Source: Candidatus Brennerbacteria bacterium (GTDB lineage Bacteria > Patescibacteriota > Minisyncoccia > UBA6257 > GWB1-50-10). From it: DNA of 64,000 nt. Shown in pieces: positions 40,211 through 47,490 of the stretch. Made by a program: the position numbers and the translations under genes. Every line of letters begins with the position of its first letter. The first letter of the stretch is position 1. The notes under the pieces were generated by a model, which was not told the DNA's origin, searched no databases, and worked only from the letters and a program-made list of their open reading frames with translations. The stretch spans positions 15,519 to 79,518 of the forward strand of contig JACPEK010000001.1 in assembly GCA_016183535.1 (NCBI GenBank). The letters are read 5' to 3'.

Positions 40211-40927
40211 TTAGTCCCCTCGTATAAAGAGCACGCGAATGCCGCGCGCGGATATCTCGGTGCCGCTCGCGGCGCCGAAAACGACCACCTCGTCGCCGAT
40301 CGCAGGCGGAGGCGCGCCGATTCGCCGGAGCGGAAACCGTGGCGGGATTCGTATGGTAGTCGTCGCGCCTTCAAAATCCTCAATAACAAATCCGTCGGAG
40401 AGGGATTCTGTGATCGTGCCGCGATAGAATTCACGCGCGGGAAACGGGGGCGGACCGAAATTCCGGTAGAAACGCTCGGTCAATACCGGCAGGCGATGCA
40501 TGGGCATATCGCGGAACGGCGTGCGGTGGAACGGCGCCACCGCGGCGCCTCCGGCGAGCACGAGAACAATTATTACCGCCACCGAATACAGCAAAGGTCT
40601 GCGGTACGCGAACGCGTAGCGCCGCGCGAGTATTTCGAGCACGCCCACGAAGACGAGCGAGAGGAGGATCAAGGTCCACGGGAGCGAGCGGAGAAGCGCG
40701 GCGAACCCAAGAGAGCCGAATGCGGGACCAAACCATGCGCCGGATTGCCGCGCGGTGAACACAATGAAACTCACGAGATAGAGCGCCGCGAGAAACACGA
40801 TGACCGCACCTACCGTCGCGAGAATAGTTTTGAGGACGAAATGCCACTTGGGGCGCATGGCGAGCTCGCCGCTCCGGATGCGGTTCAGTACGCTCTCTTT
40901 TATTTTTCTCATGTGTTCCTGCGTCAT
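40211..40927 (-). CDS. Membrane protein, putative anti-sigma factor
   Basis: MRPKWHF motif, 3 TM helices, coupled to the ECF sigma stop. Confidence 0.7.
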   Translation of the reverse strand: MTQEHMRKIKESVLNRIRSGELAMRPKWHFVLKTILATVGAVIVFLAALYLVSFIVFTARQSGAWFGPAFGSLGFAALLRSLPWTLILLSLVFVGVLEILARRYAFAYRRPLLYSVAVIIVLVLAGGAAVAPFHRTPFRDMPMHRLPVLTERFYRNFGPPPFPAREFYRGTITESLSDGFVIEDFEGATTTIRIPPRFPLRRIGAPPPAIGDEVVVFGAASGTEISARGIRVLFIRGD

Positions 40928-41481
40928 GTGGTGAGTAAATTTTTAAGCAAGATGCGGCCGCGGTTCAGGCGAACCCCCACGGTCGCCACGGGTATTTTCA
41001 AAATATCCGCAATTTCCCGATAGTTCATTTCTTCAAAATAATATAGTGTAAGAGGCTCGCGATATTTCACGTCGAGCGCTCCGAGATGCCGCTCCATTTC
41101 CTCCCGAAGCTCCTGGCGCTCGAACGCTCTCTCCGGTTCCTCTTTCGCGAAAAGCGGCGGGAGTATCACGTCGAGATCAAAGAACGACACGGTTTCCTTC
41201 CCCGCGCGCCGCTTCAGAGCGTTCACAAACTCGTTATGCGCGATGCGGTAGATCCACGGTGAGAAACGGCGCGCCGGGTCAAAACTCTGAATATTTTCAT
41301 ACGCCTTTATAAAAACTTCCTGCACGAGATCTTCCGCGTCGGCGTCTTCAAAAAAGAATCGGCGGGCGTATCTCAAGAGACGTTCTTCATAACGCTCGAC
41401 CAAAATCCCGAAAGATTCACGCGCGCCGCTTTGAATCTCCCGCGCAATTTCTTCGTCTGTTTTCTCATTCATCCTCTTCAC
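40924..41481 (-). CDS. ECF RNA polymerase sigma factor
   Basis: DAEDLVQEVFIKAY, FSPWIYRIAHN, Y.EIA.IL.IP..TV..RL.RGR. Confidence 0.93.
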   Translation of the reverse strand: MKRMNEKTDEEIAREIQSGARESFGILVERYEERLLRYARRFFFEDADAEDLVQEVFIKAYENIQSFDPARRFSPWIYRIAHNEFVNALKRRAGKETVSFFDLDVILPPLFAKEEPERAFERQELREEMERHLGALDVKYREPLTLYYFEEMNYREIADILKIPVATVGVRLNRGRILLKNLLTT

Positions 41482-41607
41482 CTTACTACAAATCCCTCCC
41501 CGATTTTATTTCGTGAGAGAGTTCTAACAGGTGAATCCGAACAAGTTACTACTGGTGTCTCTACTATACCAAGCTCGAACATTTTTTCAAAATCGGTAAT
41601 CAATGGA

Positions 41608-41673
41608 GTGCCTCGCGCGTGCTATGCACGCCTGTGTGATACACAGTTTCTCCAAAGGAGAAAAGCGAGGCAC
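41608..41673. other. Perfect four-way (cloverleaf) inverted-repeat structure
   Basis: gtgcctcgc/gcgaggcac encloses gcgtgc-tat-gcacgc, ctgtgt-gat-acacag and tttctcc-aaa-ggagaaa. Confidence 0.8.
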
Positions 41674-42104
41674 ACAATCTGTACTGAACGGCTCAAATGC
41701 CAGTAAGTGAGCCGTTCAGCAAAATGGACGAAGTTTTGCAAAAACTATTTTCTGGGGAAAGGATTTTGCAAAACTTCGGCAAATGTTTTTGAAATTCGGC
41801 GGGGTTCTGAATTCAGATTCCCGCGCGGAGGAGGGGTCTGGGGAGGAATCCGCGCGGGCTTTTGGATTTTTTGGTGGGGCGGTTGCATTATTATAGCACT
41901 TATGGTAAGCTAGTCTTGCATATGAATATACAGCCAAAAAGAAGTTCGACAAATAATGTTTTCTTCTTTAGCTTTCTACAATCTAGAGAGCTGCTTTTTG
42001 CGCTGTAAAATCTAAAGACCAAACACTTACAACCTAAAAACCAGCTCTCTAGAAAAGGAGCTGGTTTTTAGTTCTTTCACAACAATCGAAAAGGAGGTAG
42101 GAAA

Positions 42105-42344
42105 ATGTCCCTGAGCCATTTGCTGTCCTTGCCAGTCGAACCGCCGGAGTGTCCGAAGTCGGACATCGGTTACCACAAGTGGGAGGAAGAAAGCCTCATT
42201 CCGGAACACTGGGCGTTCGACGAGTTCTCGGTCGAGAAATTCCGCGCACGTTGTCAACACTGCGGAGAGGTAACCGACGATCTGTCCGTTCTGGACACTG
42301 GCGGATCGAGCGGACCGCTCGGTCCTTCATACACTGGTTTCTGA
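42105..42344 (+). CDS. Small hypothetical protein with C..H / CxxC (island cargo)
   Basis: AAGGAGGT RBS; ECP....YHKW..RCQHCG. Confidence 0.65.
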   Translation: MSLSHLLSLPVEPPECPKSDIGYHKWEEESLIPEHWAFDEFSVEKFRARCQHCGEVTDDLSVLDTGGSSGPLGPSYTGF

Positions 42345-42356
42345 AAGGAGGTCAAG

Positions 42357-42590
42357 ATGAAGGTTGAAGTGACTTGTTGCGAGGGAAAGGATGAATCTGG
42401 GCGTTGCTTGAAAGATCGTTGTCCTCACTATGCAAAAGCGAAAGAGAGGATTCAACGGGCTTGGCCATATGTGGGCACCGGCTTCGGAAATCTGTATGGG
42501 AACCCAACCCATCAGCACTTTCTTGGAGGAGTTCGGGAAAATATCGCTAAGCAACAGGCATCCGATCAATCCTCCAAATCTGGTTTCTGA
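42357..42590 (+). CDS. Small Cys-rich hypothetical protein (island cargo)
   Basis: AAGGAGGT RBS; TCC......GRC....CPHY. Confidence 0.65.
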   Translation: MKVEVTCCEGKDESGRCLKDRCPHYAKAKERIQRAWPYVGTGFGNLYGNPTHQHFLGGVRENIAKQQASDQSSKSGF

Positions 42591-42637
42591 ACCAAAAAAT
42601 CAGACGCTAAGCTTATCGGCGTAATGATAAGCACAAC

Positions 42638-42672
42638 AAGGAGCGGGCGCAAACAACCGCGCCCGCTCCTTT
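42638..42672 (+). terminator. Intrinsic terminator of island A cargo genes
   Basis: aaggagcgggcgc-aaacaacc-gcgcccgctcctt. Confidence 0.7.
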
Positions 42673-42710
42673 CCATAAAAATTATTAAATTGATATAATA
42701 ACAATAATCC

Positions 42711-43325
42711 ACTATTCAATGTACACAAAAATATGTGAGAGAAGAAGAAATTGATCGGCAGTTATCATCTCTCATTCAAAAAGTTTCTTTGCCAAAAGAC
42801 TGGGCGGAAGAATTATTGAAAATGGCAGAAAAAGATTTCAAAAATTCCGCCCAGTCTAATTCTGCCTTTGTAGAAGAAACGAAAAAAGATATTTTGAAAA
42901 TTAATAGTAAGTTGGAGCGACTTCTCAATGGCTATCTCGACCAAGTGATTGAACAAGATATTTATCGTGTTGAAAAAGGAAAATTGTTATTTACCAAGAA
43001 GTCCCTTGAAGCCAAAATATCTTCTCTTTTCCAAAAGCAGAATAATTGGCTCGAACCATTCCAAAATTGGATAAAAGACGCACAAAACATAAGCGGAATT
43101 GCACGGGATATAGACCTTTTTGCGAAAAAGGTCTGTGCCAAAGAAATCTTTGGCTCGAACCTGCTTCTTGGCGAAAAAACAGTGCGCCCCGCCGAAGGCG
43201 GTGCTGGATTCCGAACCCAGAATTCATTGGCGAAAACAGGCGAAACAGCGTGGGCGGCGCTTTGCGCCGCCCACTCCTTAGTTCGTTCAGAACCGATTGG
43301 TTCCGTTTTGGTGCAGTATCCTTGA
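42711..43325 (+). pseudogene. Large serine recombinase C-terminal remnant (catalytic domain deleted)
   Basis: TIQCTQKYVREEE..LIQKVSL..KLERLL..YL..WLEP..IFGSN, collinear with the C-terminal half of 44615-46129. Confidence 0.85.
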
Positions 43326-43580
43326 ATTAGTTCGAACGCATTTCGGCGAAAAAATTCCCCCGCGAAAAAATTCAGAATTTGCGGCGAAGCCGCACCGATA
43401 ACAATTTCCAATTCTTCTTTGGCGGCAATTCAAGAATTCGCGAAGCGAATACCTACAATGTATCAATTTATATATTAAATTTCAATGGCACAATTCTTAA
43501 AAAGAGAAAACGAAAGAGGCCTTTTGATAAAGCAGTGGCCTCTTAACTGCTGTTGTTTTGGTTTGAGGTGTGTTTCATAC

Positions 43581-44138
43581 TCAACCCCTCCGCCGCAACG
43601 TGAGAGCGAACACCGTCAGGTTGAACGCCGTACTTGTCACGGGCTGAATCCAGTTTGTGACATTGCCCCAGTTGCTAACCGCAACGACAGTCAACGCGAA
43701 CCCGAGAGAGAATGTTCCCCAGGTAAGATTGCTTTCGTTGCGGGGATTGTCCCAGGCGTTCCTGATCGTTGGGATTCCCGCGACCATGAGCGACACCAGA
43801 GAAGCAACCTGCGCGGCGGCCGGTCCAGAAATCTTCCAAACCAGCATGCCAGCGGTAGCCAAGAGGAGACACATCGTGTCGAACTTTGTCCACTTCTTCT
43901 CTCCGTAGATGAGAAGCAGAATAGTCGCTACGATTGTTCCGCCAGCCGCCGCAAGCATTCCCCACGGGTCTGTCTTTCCTGCTGCAATCTGACTTGTGAG
44001 GGTGATGACGAGCATCACCGACCACATGCTCCAGGTGGCCAAGTTCGGCTTGGCCGTTTTCCGGAGAATTGCGACATACAGCGGGATGTGAGCGGCGAGA
44101 ACGATGTAAGCCCCAATGATACCAAGATGCTCTTGCAT
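43581..44138 (-). CDS. Multi-pass membrane protein (PQ-loop-like), island cargo
   Basis: GGAGG RBS, TTGACA-18-TATGCT promoter (44222-44251), about 6 TM helices, KPN.ATW..W and PT..NAW..P..E...W. Confidence 0.8.
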   Translation of the reverse strand: MQEHLGIIGAYIVLAAHIPLYVAILRKTAKPNLATWSMWSVMLVITLTSQIAAGKTDPWGMLAAAGGTIVATILLLIYGEKKWTKFDTMCLLLATAGMLVWKISGPAAAQVASLVSLMVAGIPTIRNAWDNPRNESNLTWGTFSLGFALTVVAVSNWGNVTNWIQPVTSTAFNLTVFALTLRRRG

Positions 44139-44309
44139 TCAGCACCTCCATTTTTCTCAATGTACACACTACGATTACCTCGTAGCAGGTTATTGGCAGA
44201 ATGCCAATTTTTGCTACTTTTAGCATAGCATATATGAAGTTATGCTGTCAAGCACAACAAAAAATCAGCATCTCTGCTGTTTCTTGCCTAAAATCTTATG
44301 AATTCAATG

Positions 44310-44596
44310 ATTAAAAATTTTTCTTTTCTTCTTTCTCCTAAAACATGGTTCGAGCCGATTGTTTTTCCGGGCTCTTTGGCGGTTTTGATCGGTGCGGCTT
44401 CGCCGCAAATTCTGAATTTTTTCGCGGGGGAATTTTTTCGCCGAAATGCGTTCGAACTAATTCAAGGATACTGCACCATTGAGGAAATTGCAAGTTTTGA
44501 AGGTTTGCCTCGCTTCGCTCGGCGACTAATTCGTATTGGATTTTCGGGGCAAAAACGAATTGGCGATTTTGAAAGAAGAAAAGAAAAATTTTTAAT
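44310..44596. repeat. Inverted attP copy plus antisense recombinase snippets, bounded by a 26-bp inverted repeat
   Basis: 44473-44570 = rc of 45978-46075; 44388-44478 = rc of 43309-43399; 44367-44387 = rc of 44752-44772; 44338-44365 = rc of 45950-45977; 44310-44335 = rc of 44571-44596. Confidence 0.92.
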
Positions 44597-44614
44597 TCTT
44601 AACCCAACAAAAAT

Positions 44615-46129
44615 ATGAAATATATACTTTACGCTCGAAAGAGCACAGAAGAAGATGACCGACAAGTTCTCTCGATTGAAGCGCAGCTCGTAGAGCTGCA
44701 AGAGTATGCCGCCAAAGAAAAATTGGAAATTGTTGCCTCGCTTTGCGAGGCCAAAACCGCCAAAGAGCCCGGCCGAATGAAATTCGCAGAAATGTTGTCA
44801 TTACTCGAAAAAGGCAAGGCCGATGGAATAATCGCATGGCATCCCGACAGATTGGCAAGAAATAGCGTTGATGGTGGAAAGATAATCCATTTCGTAGATC
44901 GCGGCTTGATCCGCTCCCTTAAATTTCCAACATTCTGGTTTGAAGCGACACCCCAAGGTTTGTTTATGTTAAATATCGCTTTCGGGCAATCAAAATATTT
45001 TGTAGATAATTTGCGAGAGAATGTAAAAAGAGGTTTAAGGCAAAAAATACGAAATGGCGTTTGGCCAGGCTGGGCTCCGGTGGGCTATCTCAACAATCCA
45101 AAAACGAGAGGAGTAGATATTGACCCTGAAAAATCTCGGTTGGTAAAGAAAGTTTTTGAACTCTATGCCACCGGAAATTATCCGCTTCATTCTCTCGCAA
45201 ATTGGTGCGTCAAACACAATCTCAAAGGCAACAAGAACAACAAAATATCTATCAGCAGTTTGCAGAAAATTCTACAAAATATTTTTTACATCGGGTTGAT
45301 GAAATTTAAGGGAGAGGTTTTTGAAGGAACTCACGAGCCGTTAATCTCAAAGAAACTTTTTGATTTGTGCCAAGAAGTGATGGTAAAACGCGGCAAAAAG
45401 AAAGATATTCGCAAACATCATTTTGCTTTTCTTGGCTTACTCAAATGTGCTTCGTGCGGTTGTTCCATTACCGCCGAAATCCAAAAAGGCCATCACTATT
45501 ACCACTGCACAAAAAAGAAAGGGCCTTGCCAAGAAAAGCACTTTTTACGAGAAGAGATACTAACCGAACAGATAAAAACCTTTCTTCAGAAAGTTTCTTT
45601 GTCGAGCCAAGACACCGATAAAATTTTAGTGGAATTGCAGAAAGATGAAGAGCGAGCAAAAGAGGAAGCTAAAATGATTGTTCAAAATCTCAAAGCAGAA
45701 TTAACCGAGGTTGAAGCCAAGCTCGAAAAATTACTAGACGCATATCTTGGCGAGGTTATTTCTGCTGAAGATTACAAAGCGAGGAAAGATAAACTGCTCA
45801 TCAAAAAGGTTGAGCTTGGCGAGAAAATTAGAGATTTTGAACAGAAAGGTCTGTTTTGGCTCGAACCGGCTCGTGAGTTCGTTTTATCCTTGAATCAAGC
45901 CGCGGATTTAGTTAAGAGTGAAAACAAAGAGGAAATGACAACATTTCTGAAAACAATCGGCTCGAACCATGTTTTAGAAAATCGCCAATTCGTTTTTGCC
46001 CCGAAAATCCAATACGAATTAGTCGCCGAGCGAAGCGAGGCAAACCTTCAAAACTTGCAATTTCCTCAATGGTGCGCGGGAGAGGATTCGAACCTCCAAG
46101 CCCTTGCGGGCGCTACCACCTCAAGGTAG
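44615..46129 (+). CDS. Large serine recombinase (resolvase + recombinase + zinc-ribbon domains)
   Basis: YARKSTE..RQ..SI..Q, DRLARN, P.GY, HEPLIS..LF, GLLKCASCG, YYHC, coiled coil; last 17 codons are antisense tRNA-Leu. Confidence 0.95.
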   Translation: MKYILYARKSTEEDDRQVLSIEAQLVELQEYAAKEKLEIVASLCEAKTAKEPGRMKFAEMLSLLEKGKADGIIAWHPDRLARNSVDGGKIIHFVDRGLIRSLKFPTFWFEATPQGLFMLNIAFGQSKYFVDNLRENVKRGLRQKIRNGVWPGWAPVGYLNNPKTRGVDIDPEKSRLVKKVFELYATGNYPLHSLANWCVKHNLKGNKNNKISISSLQKILQNIFYIGLMKFKGEVFEGTHEPLISKKLFDLCQEVMVKRGKKKDIRKHHFAFLGLLKCASCGCSITAEIQKGHHYYHCTKKKGPCQEKHFLREEILTEQIKTFLQKVSLSSQDTDKILVELQKDEERAKEEAKMIVQNLKAELTEVEAKLEKLLDAYLGEVISAEDYKARKDKLLIKKVELGEKIRDFEQKGLFWLEPAREFVLSLNQAADLVKSENKEEMTTFLKTIGSNHVLENRQFVFAPKIQYELVAERSEANLQNLQFPQWCAGEDSNLQALAGATTSR

Positions 46130-46156
46130 TGCGTCTGCCAGTTTCGCCACCCGCGC
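46070..46156 (-). tRNA. tRNA-Leu(GAG)
   Basis: GCGCGGGTGGCGAAACTGGCAGACGCA CTACC TT GAG GT GGTAG, long variable arm, GGTTCGAATCC, CCA. Confidence 0.95.
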
Positions 46157-46237
46157 TTATTTTGATTTTAAGTTATTTAGAAAATTACGTCCAGTACCGC
46201 TTTTTAAAAACCTCTCACGCGCTCGCACTTCTTTACA
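46157..46237 (-). pseudogene. GIY-YIG nuclease C-terminal remnant
   Basis: CKEVRARERFLKSGTGRNFLNNLKSK*, typical small GIY-YIG tail; stop abuts the tRNA 5' end. Confidence 0.6.
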
Positions 46238-46289
46238 GTTTGCCCGCCAAGGACGGGTGAATCTGCCGGCTTGGCCGCCAGTGAGCGGC

Positions 46290-46304
46290 TTTCGCCACCC
46301 GCGC
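46290..46304 (-). repeat. Duplicated 5' end of tRNA-Leu
   Basis: GCGCGGGTGGCGAAA identical to tRNA positions 1-15 (46142-46156). Confidence 0.8.
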
Positions 46305-46508
46305 AAACCCCACGAGAACGAATATATACGCCGCGAGAATCTTATTTAATACCTGATGATTTTTCAATGATAATAGGCACCGGTACGTTGTTTCGGCTAA
46401 AAAAGTAGCCGGCGGCGAAGCTCACGGTGAGGGCAAGCACGAGCGTGGCCCACGCAAGAGGTTTCACAAAGCGTTCCGGCACGGGAATTTTCTTTGCGCG
46501 GAAAAACA

Positions 46509-46537
46509 TTGACAGTGACCCGATTATACCTTAAGAT
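46509..46537 (+). promoter_or_regulatory. Sigma-70 promoter of rpmA with ~90-nt structured leader
   Basis: TTGACA-17-TAAGAT. Confidence 0.65.
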
Positions 46538-46635
46538 TCGTCCGTTGTTAAGGATAGTTCCCTCCTTCGGCGGGACGCTCATGGTGGTAGTGAAGTTTTC
46601 TTCACTCCACAGTGAGCTCAAAAACTTCAACCACT

Positions 46636-46908
46636 ATGGCACATACCAAAGCGAAAGGATCAACGAAATTAGGACGCGATTCCGAGTCAAAGCGGCTCGG
46701 CGTAAAACGCTTTGCGGGCGCTTCGGTGCGCGCGGGTGAGGTGTTGGTGCGCCAGCGCGGCACAAAGTTTTTCCCGGGCACAAATGTCCGGAAAGGCGGC
46801 GATGACACGCTCTATGCCATCAAAGCGGGATTGGTTCATTTTGTGAAACGGAAGCAACTTTATTTTGACGGAACAAAAAAAACCTCGCGCATCGTGAGCG
46901 TCAGGTAA
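46636..46908 (+). CDS. rpmA: 50S ribosomal protein L27
   Basis: [39 protein letters not shown]. Confidence 0.97.
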   Translation: MAHTKAKGSTKLGRDSESKRLGVKRFAGASVRAGEVLVRQRGTKFFPGTNVRKGGDDTLYAIKAGLVHFVKRKQLYFDGTKKTSRIVSVR

Positions 46909-46919
46909 TCGGGACGATT

Positions 46920-47360
46920 TCAGTCCTCTCTCACCAGCGTCACACCGACGATGGCTTTTATCCCTTCGCCAAAATCGAGTTCCACGCGATGTGCGCCAAG
47001 GATTTTGAGGACTTTCGGGAGTTTTACCGTAACGTCGCGGCACCCTCTCGCCGCGAGCGTCTCTTCAATGTTTTTCGCGGTAACCGACCCGTATACTTCT
47101 CCGCCGGGACCCGCTTTTATGGGAAACGTGAGTTCGAAGCCGGTGAATTTTCCCGCCGCGATTTCCGCGGCGCGCCGCCGTTCTACGCGCCGTGCTTCTT
47201 TCGTCTCCTCCTCGCGCGCTTTTGCCGCGAGCGCTATTTCCGTCGCGGGAGCAGCGAGACCTCGGCGTATCAGAAAATTCCGCGCGTACCCCTCACGCAC
47301 TTCTTTCACATCGCCCTTGCGCCCCGTGCCCCGAATATCAGCTAACAAAATAACGCGCAT
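46920..47360 (-). CDS. rplI: 50S ribosomal protein L9
   Basis: MRVILL.D....G..G.V.EV..GYARNFLI..GLA, YGSVT. Confidence 0.96.
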   Translation of the reverse strand: MRVILLADIRGTGRKGDVKEVREGYARNFLIRRGLAAPATEIALAAKAREEETKEARRVERRRAAEIAAGKFTGFELTFPIKAGPGGEVYGSVTAKNIEETLAARGCRDVTVKLPKVLKILGAHRVELDFGEGIKAIVGVTLVRED

Positions 47361-47362
47361 AA

Positions 47363-47489
47363 AACTCTAAATCCATGCCTGCGGCAGGCAGGCTAAACAA
47401 ACCACAAATTCTAAATCACAAACGTTTGGAATTTTGGACTTGGAGTTTAAAATTTGTTTAGAGTTTAGGATTTCGGATTTAGGATTTCC
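47363..47489. repeat. Degenerate heptamer repeats in inverted arrangement with a CCTGC/GCAGG palindrome
   Basis: ctaaatc/ctaaaca/caaattc on the left versus gagtttag/gatttcg/gatttag on the right; tgcctgcggcaggca at 47376-47390. Confidence 0.6.
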
Positions 47490-47490
47490 G

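Larger units (their letters stand above)
41553..43313. mobile_element. LSR island A (defective), outer element of the tandem at tRNA-Leu
   Basis: TGGTG cores at 41553 and 43309; recombinase remnant ..IGSVLV joins in frame to SLLYQARTFFQNR* (41558-41599). Confidence 0.75.
43309..46075. mobile_element. LSR island B (intact recombinase) integrated at tRNA-Leu CCA end
   Basis: TGGTGC cores at 43309-43314 and 46070-46075; the junction is corroborated by the internal inverted copy 44388-44570; visibly AT-richer than flanks. Confidence 0.88.

Noticed and set aside
44298-44618. 106-aa ORF upstream of the recombinase, and the 149-aa minus ORF 42962-43411 sharing a peptide with it
   Set aside because: The shared peptide is a by-product of the inverted DNA duplication; no independent coding evidence
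41553-46075. Prophage at tRNA-Leu
   Set aside because: No structural, packaging or replication genes; total size only 4.5 kb
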